DNA of 64,000 nucleotides from Candidatus Peregrinibacteria bacterium CG_4_10_14_0_2_um_filter_38_24 (GCA_002792535.1 PFOM01000004.1:2551-66550); one strand, 5' to 3'. Counted from the first letter of the stretch, positions 36,591 through 46,608 are shown. Numbers and translations are program-made. Notes: generated from the letters alone by a model not told the origin.

Positions 36591-36662
36591 AAGAAGGTGA
36601 ATTCTTTGCAAAAATATTATGACTATAGTATTCTTTGCCTTGTGTAAATTTAAAATAAAAAA

Positions 36663-38288
36663 ATGAATAATAATAAATCTTCGTCTAGGGTTGTTGCTGT
36701 TTTTTTGGTAGGGACTTTTTTGTTTGGTTCGATTTATACGGCTATCGGGGCGACTGGAGATGTTCCTGTTTGGATGGGGGATACTGATGAAATTATTAAT
36801 GCGAATAAAGATTATGTTTTCCCTACTCCTGCGGAGAGGGCTGCTCAAAAAGCTTTAGCGGATGCGGCGGTAAAGGCGGCGGCAGAAGAGGCAGTGGCGG
36901 ATGCGGCGGTAAAGGCGGCGGCAGAAGAGGCAGTGGCGGATGCGGCGGCAAAGGCAGTGGCAAAGGCGGCGGCAGAAGAGGCAGTGGCGGATGCGGCGGC
37001 AAAGGCGGCGGCAAAGGCGGCAGAAGAGGCGGATGCGGCGGCAAAGGCAGTGGTAGAAGAATCGACTGGGCAACAATCTTCTGAGGATGCAGTGGTCGCA
37101 GAGGAAGCTCAAAAGTTGGTGGAAGAAGTCGCAAAAGCGGTGGGGGAAAAGGCAGCGGATGCGGCGGAAGATGCGGCGATTGAGCAGGCCATCGAAGAAT
37201 CAAAGAGTGATTATACCGATGAAGAAAAAGGTGCCGTAAAAGAAGGCGTAGCAAGCGCGTTGGCTGAGGAACTTGATAAAACTGATGGGGAGTCTGTCAG
37301 GGTTTATTTAGGAAATGGTAAATGGGGAGAAGTTGATAAGGATAATCTAGACGGATTTAATCGACTTGCCGGACTTTATTCCGGTTCAGATAAATTTGGA
37401 CATGATTTAAATAATAATGGAATTGATGATTCAATTGAGGCAGAGACCGGTACCGTTTCTTTTGATGAAGACAAAAAAGCGGCGGTTGAGGATGAAATTG
37501 TTTACGGTATTACAGAAAAAGAATCCGAGAAACCTGTTCTTGTTGCGGCTCCGGCTAAAGACAAAGAGAAACCACAGGTTCTTGGAAATGAGCCTTTATT
37601 TAAATTGAAGAATCCTAAGAAAATTTCCGGACAAAAAGTTGTTATTGAATTGAAAGATGAGGTTGGAAATGTTGTTGAATCTATAACGGTTTATACAGAT
37701 GAAAATGGTGTTGCTGTTTATAAACCTTTAGCAAATTTAAAAAATGGAAAATATTCTATGTCTGCTGTGGATGCTGTGGATGCTGATGGGAATGTTCTTG
37801 CGATCAATGATTTTGAAGTTGATTCGGGTAAAGTGCCTGCGGCTCCGAGGTTGACCTTTGGAGACGAGCTTAGTATGGATCCTGCGGAAGATGATGTTGC
37901 AAGTCTTAATTATGGACAAGCTTCTGTGCTTGGGGCGGATGTTCTTTCAACAAATTCTTTTGATATTACCAAATATCTTATAAAAGCTTATATCTATAAA
38001 TTTTTACCTTATCTTGATCCTCGTAATGAAGATATTTTTGCGGCGGCTGGGATTAATGTTATACAGGAAGAAAAACCTAAAGTTTTATATGGTTCTGCAC
38101 AGCCGGGGACGAAGGTTTTTATTACATGGAAAAGTATCGTGAGGTCTTCTGTTGTAATTGCTGACGCAAATGGGAAATTCAAGGTTGAAGATCCCGTAGG
38201 TCCGGGAAATCATGAAGTTTTTGCGTTTGCGTATGATCCGAAGAATAATTTTGTAGGGAATGTTTCCTCAATATTTTTTAAGAAATAA
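36663..38288 (+). CDS. Secreted protein with Ala/Glu-rich helical repeats and Ig-like C-terminal domains
   Basis: Signal peptide, (ADAAVKAAAEEAV)n, DLNNNGIDD, TDENG/ADANGKF beta motifs. Confidence 0.8.
   Translation: MNNNKSSSRVVAVFLVGTFLFGSIYTAIGATGDVPVWMGDTDEIINANKDYVFPTPAERAAQKALADAAVKAAAEEAVADAAVKAAAEEAVADAAAKAVAKAAAEEAVADAAAKAAAKAAEEADAAAKAVVEESTGQQSSEDAVVAEEAQKLVEEVAKAVGEKAADAAEDAAIEQAIEESKSDYTDEEKGAVKEGVASALAEELDKTDGESVRVYLGNGKWGEVDKDNLDGFNRLAGLYSGSDKFGHDLNNNGIDDSIEAETGTVSFDEDKKAAVEDEIVYGITEKESEKPVLVAAPAKDKEKPQVLGNEPLFKLKNPKKISGQKVVIELKDEVGNVVESITVYTDENGVAVYKPLANLKNGKYSMSAVDAVDADGNVLAINDFEVDSGKVPAAPRLTFGDELSMDPAEDDVASLNYGQASVLGADVLSTNSFDITKYLIKAYIYKFLPYLDPRNEDIFAAAGINVIQEEKPKVLYGSAQPGTKVFITWKSIVRSSVVIADANGKFKVEDPVGPGNHEVFAFAYDPKNNFVGNVSSIFFKK
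36858..37052 (+). repeat. GC-rich intragenic tandem repeat (39-bp unit with 12-bp sub-repeats)
   Basis: GCGGATGCGGCGGTAAAGGCGGCGGCAGAAGAGGCAGTG, two exact copies then degenerate copies. Confidence 0.9.
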
Positions 38289-38366
38289 GTGTTGCATAGA
38301 GGCGTAAAAATTCTTCACTTTATAAAAGAGATGTGTTAGTCTAAATAAAGATTAACATATCTTTTT

Positions 38367-38774
38367 ATGTATAATGACGATGATATCATTGATTTAAGGG
38401 GAAAGCGTGTGAAAAATGAAGACGCCGAGTTTCGGATAGGCCGAGGGACTACTGTCATTGATGAACCTCAAGGGAAAGCCATTGGTGCTATGGGGGCTTC
38501 GTCGATTTCCGTTGCGGGAGAAGAGAGTCTTAAGCCTAATGATAAAGTAAAAATCAAATTTGATAAATTTGTGAATTTGATTGCGACGCATGCGTATGAG
38601 GATATTATTCGACAACATTCCGATGATGATGTGATAATTTCGACTGATCTTTTGGCGGATATTGCAAATGCTCATGATGAAGAAGAGTCTGATGCTGGGA
38701 AAAAAGTTCCGATGATTTTTATCATAGGAATTGTGCTTGGGGTAGCGCTTACGTATATTTTAATAAAAATGTAA
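38367..38774 (+). CDS. Hypothetical acidic protein with C-terminal TM anchor
   Basis: ORF upstream of pyrH; candidate promoter TTCACT-17-TAGTCT at 38314-38342. Confidence 0.8.
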   Translation: MYNDDDIIDLRGKRVKNEDAEFRIGRGTTVIDEPQGKAIGAMGASSISVAGEESLKPNDKVKIKFDKFVNLIATHAYEDIIRQHSDDDVIISTDLLADIANAHDEEESDAGKKVPMIFIIGIVLGVALTYILIKM

Positions 38775-38790
38775 TTTCTAATTTATCAGA

Positions 38791-39507
38791 ATGTCAAAAT
38801 TGAAATATAAAAGGATTTTGTTGAAACTTTCAGGTGAGGTTTTCAAAGGAGATCTTGCTAGCGGAATTGATGGAAAAATTTTGATGAATTTTGCAAAAGA
38901 TATAAAAAAATTGCAGGACATGGGAGTGCAAGTTGGGATTGTAATTGGTGGTGGAAATATTTGGAGGTTTAGAGATTTTCAACATTTAAAACTTGATCGA
39001 GTTACATCGGATTCTATCGGAATGATGGCGACGTGTATGAATTCTTTGGCACTTGAGGATGCGCTAAAATATGTTGGTGCAGATGTGCGAGCTGTTACGA
39101 ATTTTCCATGTGAAAAGGCCATTGAAACTTATATTCCAAAACGTGCGGAAATGCATTTGCGAAAAGGACGAATCGTGATTTTCGCAGGAGGAACCGGTCA
39201 TCCGTTTTTCACGACTGATAGCGCGGCGGCGTTGATGGGGCTTGAAATGGGTTGTGACGTTTTACTAAAAGCTACAAAAGTTGACTATGTTTACGATAAA
39301 GATCCTATGAAATTTAAAAACGCGAAGAAATTTACTAAGATGACTTTTTCTCAAGTGCTTGAGCAAAAACTTGGGGTCATGGATTTGACTTGCGCGAGTA
39401 TGTGTATGGATGGGAATTTACCGATGATTGTTTTTAATCCGGAAAAAGCTGGAAATATTGCAAAAGCGGTGAAAGGTGAGACAATTGGAACTCTTATTAC
39501 AAATTAA
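38791..39507 (+). CDS. pyrH: UMP kinase
   Basis: KRILLKLSGE, GGGNIWR, GTGHPFFTTDSAAAL, KATKVD. Confidence 0.97.
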   Translation: MSKLKYKRILLKLSGEVFKGDLASGIDGKILMNFAKDIKKLQDMGVQVGIVIGGGNIWRFRDFQHLKLDRVTSDSIGMMATCMNSLALEDALKYVGADVRAVTNFPCEKAIETYIPKRAEMHLRKGRIVIFAGGTGHPFFTTDSAAALMGLEMGCDVLLKATKVDYVYDKDPMKFKNAKKFTKMTFSQVLEQKLGVMDLTCASMCMDGNLPMIVFNPEKAGNIAKAVKGETIGTLITN

Positions 39508-39531
39508 AATTAATAATTTAACAAAATTTAT

Positions 39532-40092
39532 ATGACGACAAATGAAGCTATTTCAAATGCGGTTAAAGAATTTGAAAAAGTTATGGTGCATTTGAAGGAG
39601 GAATTTTCAAGACTTCAAATTGGACGTGCGAATGCAGGGCTTGTGGAAGGCGCGAATGTTGAAATGTATGGTGTCACTCAGCCGTTGAAAAATATTGCGA
39701 ATATTTCTATTCCCGATCCGCGAACAATTATGATTCAGCCTTGGGATAAGAGTTCGATTGTGCATATTGAGAAGGCGATTGTTGGCATGGGGACGGGCTT
39801 AAATCCGATAAGTGATGGAGTTTGCGTGAGGGTGCCAATTCCACCTTTAACAGAAGAAAGGAGAACTGATTTAACGAAACATGTTAGACGCTTGGCTGAG
39901 GATGCGAAAATTTCGATCAGGACTGCGAGGCAAGATGTACTTGGTATTTTTAAGCAATTAAAAGCCAATGATGAAATTACTGAAGATGATGTGTTTTCTT
40001 CGGAGAAAGCGTTACAAGTGAAGGTTGATGAGTTTAATGGAAAAATTGATGAAGTTACCACAGCTAAAGAAAAAGATGTCATGACGGTTTAA
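39532..40092 (+). CDS. frr: Ribosome recycling factor
   Basis: GRAN, YG..QPL, IQPWDK, IPPLTEERR; follows pyrH. Confidence 0.97.
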   Translation: MTTNEAISNAVKEFEKVMVHLKEEFSRLQIGRANAGLVEGANVEMYGVTQPLKNIANISIPDPRTIMIQPWDKSSIVHIEKAIVGMGTGLNPISDGVCVRVPIPPLTEERRTDLTKHVRRLAEDAKISIRTARQDVLGIFKQLKANDEITEDDVFSSEKALQVKVDEFNGKIDEVTTAKEKDVMTV

Positions 40093-40208
40093 ACTTTTGT
40101 AAATCATTAATTACTTTGTCAACTTCGTCGTTCTTTTCCTCGCTGTACTGCGAGTATAGCTCGTCAATAACTCCTTGTTTCCTCGTACTGAATGATTTAG
40201 AAAAGTTT
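40091..40208. repeat. Structured palindromic element, family 2
   Basis: 18-bp outer IR (one mismatch) starting in the frr stop; central GCTGTACT-GCG-AGTATAGC; minus strand shows GACGA/GAGGA tandem-GA loops. Confidence 0.75.
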
Positions 40209-40232
40209 CTTGTATAAAATAACCTCGTTCCT

Positions 40233-41864
40233 ATGTCTTATGTTTTTACCGCTATTGTGTTTGTTGTGATTTTCTCGTTATTGATTTTGATTCACGAGTT
40301 AGGTCATTTTTGGGCGGCAAAAAGATCGGGAATAAAGGTTGAGGAATTTGGGCTCGGACTTCCTCCGAAAATTTGGGGAAAGAAATTTGGGGAGACGGTG
40401 TATTCTTTTAATTGGATTCCTTTCGGTGGATTCGTGAGGCTTTTTGGTGAGGATAGTTATGATCCGAGTATTTTAAAAAAGAAAAGAAGTTTTGCGGCGG
40501 CAAGTTCGAGGAATAGATTTAAAGTGGCTTTTGCCGGAGTTTTTATGAATTTCTTTTTGGCTTGGTTTTTGCTCTCTATTGGCTTTTCTGTCGGAATGAA
40601 GCCGCTTATCGGGCCTAATGAAGTTTTTGATTATGTGGATTCCGGACATGTTCAACTTGTTGAAGGATTGAAAATTAAAGAAATAGTGGACGAAAGTTTG
40701 GCGCAATATGTTGGAATGAAAAAGGATGATCTTATTTATTTTTTGGATGGGAAAAATGTTGGTGAGGAATTTTTGATGAGAATGAATACAAATCCGGTTG
40801 GGGCTTATAAAGTGAAAAGGGGCGGGGAGATTTTGTCTTATGAAGTGACGAATGAAATGGTCGAAAAAACGGGCTTACACTCGCTTGGGGTTGTTGCTGG
40901 AGATATTGCTGCGTTTCCAAGGATTGAAGTCTTTAAAGTGGATCCGGCCGGCGTTAATTATGCATATGGACTTCGTGATGGCGATATTGTTTTAAGCGTA
41001 AACGGAAAACAGGTTTTTTATGTGGATCAGTTCGAATCTTTGATTCGAGGGGTAAGTCCGCTTGAATATGAAATTTATAGAAATGGAGAGAGGCAGAAAG
41101 TGATTGTTGAGGTTCCTCAGACAAGAAAAGTTGTTGTTTCTGATGTGTTGGCGCAGAGTCCTGCGGCTGAAGCTGGGGTCAAACCTAGAGACGTGATTTT
41201 GTCTGTGAATGGAACAAATGTGACAGATAGCCTTGAGCTTATAAAATATGTTAGTGGGCATGCTACCGAGACTATTGCATATGCTATTGATAGAGATGGG
41301 GAGAAATTGTTTTTTGCAATTACGCCTAACGAGGATAAGAAAATCGGAGTGCTTTTGTCTGAGCTTATGAATTATAAAAATTTTGAGGATATGAGTCTTT
41401 ACAATGTGAATGTCGTTTCGTCGGTGAATGAGGTGAAAGATGAGAGATATCCCGTACACATAGCTCTTTATAAGTCTTTTACAGAAATGGTGAAGGTGTC
41501 GAAACTTACTGCTGAATCTTTCGGGGCTTTTGTCGGAGGTCTTGTCACAAAAGGTCAGGTTCCTAATGATGTTGCCGGACCTGTTGGCATTGCTAGGATG
41601 ACACATACTTTTGCACAACAAGGAATTATTGCTTTGTTGCGATTCGTGGCGGTGTTGTCGCTTAGCTTAGCGGTAATCAATATACTTCCTTTGCCCGGAC
41701 TTGATGGTGGAAGAATTTTCTTTATCATTGGCGAAGTGATTTTAGGTAGAAGAATGAGCCGAAAAATAGAATCAAGGATTCATGTTTTGGGATATTTTCT
41801 AATATTAATTATGATCTTTGTCGTTACCTATAGCGACATAGGTCGATTGATAAAAGGGGAGTAG
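40233..41864 (+). CDS. rseP: RIP metalloprotease (M50) with several PDZ domains
   Basis: LIHELGH, NWIPFGGFV, AGVFMN, PDZ repeats, GPVGI, NILPLPGLDGG. Confidence 0.93.
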   Translation: MSYVFTAIVFVVIFSLLILIHELGHFWAAKRSGIKVEEFGLGLPPKIWGKKFGETVYSFNWIPFGGFVRLFGEDSYDPSILKKKRSFAAASSRNRFKVAFAGVFMNFFLAWFLLSIGFSVGMKPLIGPNEVFDYVDSGHVQLVEGLKIKEIVDESLAQYVGMKKDDLIYFLDGKNVGEEFLMRMNTNPVGAYKVKRGGEILSYEVTNEMVEKTGLHSLGVVAGDIAAFPRIEVFKVDPAGVNYAYGLRDGDIVLSVNGKQVFYVDQFESLIRGVSPLEYEIYRNGERQKVIVEVPQTRKVVVSDVLAQSPAAEAGVKPRDVILSVNGTNVTDSLELIKYVSGHATETIAYAIDRDGEKLFFAITPNEDKKIGVLLSELMNYKNFEDMSLYNVNVVSSVNEVKDERYPVHIALYKSFTEMVKVSKLTAESFGAFVGGLVTKGQVPNDVAGPVGIARMTHTFAQQGIIALLRFVAVLSLSLAVINILPLPGLDGGRIFFIIGEVILGRRMSRKIESRIHVLGYFLILIMIFVVTYSDIGRLIKGE

Positions 41865-42276
41865 TCGGTTTTTTCTACAGTACGTGTCCTATGTTTTCTT
41901 TTGTTTATGCGGTGATGCGGGATTTGGAGTTTTTTTAGGTTGCGATGGTTGTCAAATATGTGATGTAGGATTATTGCGGTAGAGGAGATGTGTTGTCTAA
42001 CTGTGTGGTTTTCCCTAAATATTGTATGTCTGGTGTAGGAAGTGCCTACTTGTAGTGTGTGGCTTATCGGTGAGGAAATCCCTTGTGAAATGGAAGGAAA
42101 ATAAATACTATTTGGACTGCAAGGATTTTTAGTTGATTTAAGGGCAACGAGGCGAGCGCACGGCGCGAGCGCGAGCAAGCGAAGCGTGTGGCTATGCCAC
42201 CGCTGAGCGAAGTGAGCTTAGTGGGCTAGGTGGGCATTTAAATTTTTGCGTTTACTATTCTTTAAATTTTCATATC

Positions 42277-43716
42277 ATGACAAATCGTGAGCTTTGGACA
42301 AGCGTCTTAAATAGAATCAAGCCTACAATTCAGAAGGCTCATTTTATAACTTGGTTCCAAAATACTACGGTTTTGAAGAATGAAGGAGGGGTTGTGACGA
42401 TTGGAGTACCTACGATGTTTGCAAAAGGCTGGATTTCAGCGAAATATAACATCAAGTTGATTCAGGCGATGCAGGAAGTGGATGCGACCGTTGAATCTGT
42501 TGTCTATGATGTTTGCGCGAGATTGTCTGAAAAAGAAAACAATGAAACTCCGGAGATAAAAACTTTTTTCAACGAAGAAGATGAGAAAAAAGTTAGAAAG
42601 GTTCGAAATATGAATGAAGTTGTCGTTAGGAAAGGAAGTGTTAATGGACATATTTCAAGCCAGATGTTGAATAGCAGATATGATCTTTCAAACTTTGTTG
42701 TCGGACGCGAAAATATGCTTCCACATGCGGTTTGTACGGCGGTTTCCGATAATCCGGGTGGAATGTATAATCCTCTTTATGTTTACGGAAGTGTTGGGTT
42801 GGGAAAGACTCATTTGGTTCAAGCTATTGGAAATCAGATTTTGAAAAATTTTCCCGATATGGTTGTGAAATATATTACTGCTGAGAAATTTGTGACTGAA
42901 GTTGTTGAGGCAATCGGCAAAAGATATATGGCGAGATTCAAAGATCAATATAGAAATGTGGATGTTTTTTTGATTGATGATGTGCAATTTTTTGCGCGAA
43001 AAGATTCTTCACAGCAAGAATTTTTCTACACTTTCAATGAACTTTATGATAGGAATAAACAGATCGTTTTGACTTCAGATAGACCACCAAGCGAGCTTGA
43101 TGATTTGGATGAAAGGCTAAAAAGCCGTTTTGGAATGGGAATGGTTGTAGAACTTCTTTTCCCTGATTTCGAGACAAGACTCGCGATTTTGAATGAGAAA
43201 TGTAAGGATTTTGAAGTGTTGATTGATCCGGAAGTTTTGCATTTTATTGCAAACAATGTCCACCATTCTGTTCGTGAGCTTGAGGGTGTTTTGCGTCAGG
43301 CTGTTGCGGAAAGCCAACTTAAAAATAGTGTTCCGACGATCAGATCTGTTGCGGAAATTATCAAGAGATTAAATAAAGCGCAGGAAATTATTGGTTATGA
43401 TGTGAATGAAAAATCTGCAAAGACTTACGCGAAAACTTCAGAAGATGTTATGAAAATTGTCGCTCAATATTACAATATGAGTTTTGGTGATTTGATGGGG
43501 CAGGATAGACATAAAGAATACATGTTGCCAAGACAAGTTTGCATGTATTTGATCAAACATGAACTTGGTGAATCTTACGAAAAAATCGGTGACGGGTTTG
43601 GCGGCAGAAATCATACAACTGTTATGCACGCCTGCAAAAAGACGGAAAAACTACTTCGAAATGATGTTCGCTTAGTTCGCGATATTAATGCAATCAAGAG
43701 GGAGATGGGGATGTAG
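42277..43716 (+). CDS. dnaA: Chromosomal replication initiator
   Basis: YNPLYVYGSVGLGKTHL, LIDDVQF, QQEFFYTFNEL, SDRPP, VRELEG, RQVCMYL, GRNHTTVMHA. Confidence 0.98.
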   Translation: MTNRELWTSVLNRIKPTIQKAHFITWFQNTTVLKNEGGVVTIGVPTMFAKGWISAKYNIKLIQAMQEVDATVESVVYDVCARLSEKENNETPEIKTFFNEEDEKKVRKVRNMNEVVVRKGSVNGHISSQMLNSRYDLSNFVVGRENMLPHAVCTAVSDNPGGMYNPLYVYGSVGLGKTHLVQAIGNQILKNFPDMVVKYITAEKFVTEVVEAIGKRYMARFKDQYRNVDVFLIDDVQFFARKDSSQQEFFYTFNELYDRNKQIVLTSDRPPSELDDLDERLKSRFGMGMVVELLFPDFETRLAILNEKCKDFEVLIDPEVLHFIANNVHHSVRELEGVLRQAVAESQLKNSVPTIRSVAEIIKRLNKAQEIIGYDVNEKSAKTYAKTSEDVMKIVAQYYNMSFGDLMGQDRHKEYMLPRQVCMYLIKHELGESYEKIGDGFGGRNHTTVMHACKKTEKLLRNDVRLVRDINAIKREMGM

Positions 43717-43790
43717 TAGGGATTTTTATTGCCATTCTATTGGGCTTTGCGCTAATATGTACGCGTTTAAAGTCAATAAATTCTTCAAAT

Positions 43791-45140
43791 ATGTATTATT
43801 CTCCTTATCGTGCGCAGAGAAGAGCTCCTTCGAGAAAGGGTTATATTATGCCGTTTTTGGTAATTTTGTGTGTTGGAATTATCGGAGTTTTGGTTTTTAA
43901 TTTATGGGGTTTTATTTTTGGAGGAAGATCTGTGAATGGGGCGTATTTGCATATTTTGCAGGGGAGTGTTCAGATGAAAACTTGGAATACTCAGGACTTT
44001 TTTGGTGTTTCTTCCGACGCTTTGGTGCTTCAGGGAGACGAATTCAAGACTTCTGCTGATAGCAAAATTATTGCGGAATTTTTTGATGGGACGGTGATGA
44101 GAATTGCCGGAGGTAGTGATATAGTTTTGAGCGTGATTGATGATGACGAAAATAGCCCTGCGATAAGCCTTCTTGTTGTGAATGGCAAGGTTTGGGTTAA
44201 TAAGGTTTATGGACAAACTGCGGGTGAGACAATTGTTGAAATCAGAGGCGATAGTGTTATAGCAAAATCTGACAAGCAAAGTATTTTTGATTTTGAAAAT
44301 GAGACTGATGAGAATTTGAGAGTTGTTGCTGGAGATGCTGTTTCTGTCGATATCTTGAGCGAAACTGGTGATAAAGTTGTTGATAGCGAGATCGTAGGTG
44401 TTGGACAGGAAGTTGTTTTTACGGATGATGTCATGAAGAGCTATTGGGAATTTAGAAGTCCTAGTGTGCTTTCTATGCTTTCTGACATGTTTAAATCTGG
44501 TGAATTTTATCTTTGGAATATTGGAGAGGATAAAAATCCGACTAAGTTTATTAAATCTACAACTGGTGACGGTCAATTCGTAAGAGTTGAACCTGAGGTT
44601 ATAGCGCCGGTTGAACTGACTATCGATACTGATGGAGATGGAGTGTTTGATGCTCCTGCACCTGACGTGGCCACTGATGCTACAAATCCGGATGGAACTA
44701 AAGTTGACGCTACTGCTACTCTTGCTGATGCTGTGAAAACTGGTGTTGATAAAGCAAAAGAGGTGGTTGTTCCAAAAGTTTCAGGGGTGGCGCCAACTGT
44801 TGTTTCTGTTGGAGGTGGACAGCCTGATGACAAAGGTGTGTATCAAGTTACGGCGAATCCTGCGGTGATTGCAGGAAATCCAAATGGTGCGGTTGCGATT
44901 GTCGTGAATGGTTTACAATTAAAGAAATTTAGAGTAGGGGATAAGACTTGGTCTTATTTTGCAAATATTGATTATGGTTATATGAAAGAAGGGGATAATG
45001 TTTATGAAATTTATGGACTCGATAAAGATGGCAATAAAACGCCAATGACAACGATCAAAGTGTTTTACAAGAAACCTGTTCCGGTAGAGGCTCCTGCGCC
45101 TGTAGAGCCAAAACCTGCGGAAGAAAAATCTGTGCAATAA
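43791..45140 (+). CDS. Membrane-anchored FecR-like domain protein
   Basis: N-terminal TM; GDEFKTSADS..EFFDGTVMRI..S FecR-like motif; DTDGDG; Ig-like C-terminus. Confidence 0.7.
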   Translation: MYYSPYRAQRRAPSRKGYIMPFLVILCVGIIGVLVFNLWGFIFGGRSVNGAYLHILQGSVQMKTWNTQDFFGVSSDALVLQGDEFKTSADSKIIAEFFDGTVMRIAGGSDIVLSVIDDDENSPAISLLVVNGKVWVNKVYGQTAGETIVEIRGDSVIAKSDKQSIFDFENETDENLRVVAGDAVSVDILSETGDKVVDSEIVGVGQEVVFTDDVMKSYWEFRSPSVLSMLSDMFKSGEFYLWNIGEDKNPTKFIKSTTGDGQFVRVEPEVIAPVELTIDTDGDGVFDAPAPDVATDATNPDGTKVDATATLADAVKTGVDKAKEVVVPKVSGVAPTVVSVGGGQPDDKGVYQVTANPAVIAGNPNGAVAIVVNGLQLKKFRVGDKTWSYFANIDYGYMKEGDNVYEIYGLDKDGNKTPMTTIKVFYKKPVPVEAPAPVEPKPAEEKSVQ

Positions 45141-45154
45141 AAATACTTTTCCTC

Positions 45155-46180
45155 TTAAAGGTATTTTTCTTTGTTTGTGCTGTGTTCTTCGTTTGTTTTG
45201 GAATAGATTGTTGTGCCGTTTTTTGCTGAGAGGTAAAACCAGAAGTCTGTGTTTGTAGGATTTAGTGTGGCGGAGATTGCTTCAATGTCTGGATTGCAAA
45301 TTGGTGTTGGGGGGAGGCCTTTGATTTTTCGTGTATTATAAGGAGAGTCTTTTTGAAGATCTTCTTGAGTGATTTTGTTGTTGTTTTTTTCATATAATAA
45401 AGTCGCGTCTGCGCCTAGCATCCAGCCACTTTCAAATCTTTTCCACAAAATTCCGGCTACGATTTTTCTGTCATTTTTCCCGAAAACTTCTCTTTCTACT
45501 ATTGAGGCCATTGTGATTATTTCCGGAATTGAATATTTTTTGAGCATTGAGCCGTTTGCGGTTATTGCTGTTTGCCATTTTTTTTCGAAATTATCTAATG
45601 CTTTATATATAAGGTCGTTTGGCTTGAAATCCGAAGGATCTAAATAATAAGTGTCCGGATAAAGGTAGCCTTCGAGCGGTAATGGAAATTTGCTTAGTGT
45701 GTTTTTGTCTAGGAATGTGTAATATTGCCATCCGTTGAAGGTTTTTATGGCGTTATTGAATTCACCGTCTTTGATTAGTTCCATTTCTACCAGTTTTTTG
45801 TCGATGTCTTTTATGGTTAATCCTTCTTGAATTGTGATGATGAATTCGGATTTTGATGAATCTATTAATGTATTTGCGATTTCTTCAGGAGTCATTGATT
45901 TTGATAAAATAAATCTTCCGGCGATTAGTTTTGAGGCTGTGCCGTGAAGTTTTCCATAAACGCGAAAGGCCAATGAGCTTTTTATAAGGTTTTTATCTTC
46001 GAGATTGTTTGCAACTTCATGTAATGTCGAATTCCTTTTTACTGTAAATGAAATTTCTTTGGTGTCGGACTTGTCGACAGGATTTTCGATGTTATTGAAA
46101 TATGCCTTTGTGAAGACGAAAATATTGATTAGCAATATAGCTAAAATCAACATTAAGGTTTTTTTGTTTTGTTTTTTCAT
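45155..46180 (-). CDS. mltG: Endolytic transglycosylase
   Basis: ITIQEG, LEGYLYPDTY, MASIVERE, DSPYNT...GLPPTPICNP. Confidence 0.95.
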   Translation of the reverse strand: MKKQNKKTLMLILAILLINIFVFTKAYFNNIENPVDKSDTKEISFTVKRNSTLHEVANNLEDKNLIKSSLAFRVYGKLHGTASKLIAGRFILSKSMTPEEIANTLIDSSKSEFIITIQEGLTIKDIDKKLVEMELIKDGEFNNAIKTFNGWQYYTFLDKNTLSKFPLPLEGYLYPDTYYLDPSDFKPNDLIYKALDNFEKKWQTAITANGSMLKKYSIPEIITMASIVEREVFGKNDRKIVAGILWKRFESGWMLGADATLLYEKNNNKITQEDLQKDSPYNTRKIKGLPPTPICNPDIEAISATLNPTNTDFWFYLSAKNGTTIYSKTNEEHSTNKEKYL

Positions 46181-46190
46181 TTATAAGGAA

Positions 46191-46481
46191 TTACATTCCC
46201 GGTAAGTTGAAATCAGGGCCCATTACGCTTTTCATAAGGTCTGCACCGATTTGCTGTGATTTCTTGACTGCTTTGTTGAAGCATTTCTCAAGTTTTTTCT
46301 CCAAATCTTCCTTTTTTTCGTTTGTGAGTTCCGGAAGTGTCACTTTTACGACGTTTTGCTCTCCGTCTATTACTACAGTTACGCCTTCGTCTTCAGCTTC
46401 GATATGCGTGTTTTTTAGTTGACCTTTTATCTCTCTGGCCTTTTTCTGGAGCCGATACATTTGTTTTGCTTTGTCGAACAT
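46191..46481 (-). CDS. YbaB/EbfC family nucleoid-associated protein
   Basis: 96 aa; MF..AKQ...LQKKA, VTVVIDG, N.AV, C-terminal LPGM. Confidence 0.85.
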   Translation of the reverse strand: MFDKAKQMYRLQKKAREIKGQLKNTHIEAEDEGVTVVIDGEQNVVKVTLPELTNEKKEDLEKKLEKCFNKAVKKSQQIGADLMKSVMGPDFNLPGM

Positions 46482-46608
46482 AATTGGTTTTTTTAAGCGA
46501 TTTTGGCCAACTATACCACATACTTATGATTTCCTCAAAAATTCTATTGCATGGGTAACTAAATTCGGCTAGACTGAGCCAGCAATTTATTCTTGAATGG
46601 TAAAAATT

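Noticed and set aside
41865-42276. oriC upstream of dnaA
   Set aside because: No consensus DnaA boxes found and no visible skew change; not called as a feature.
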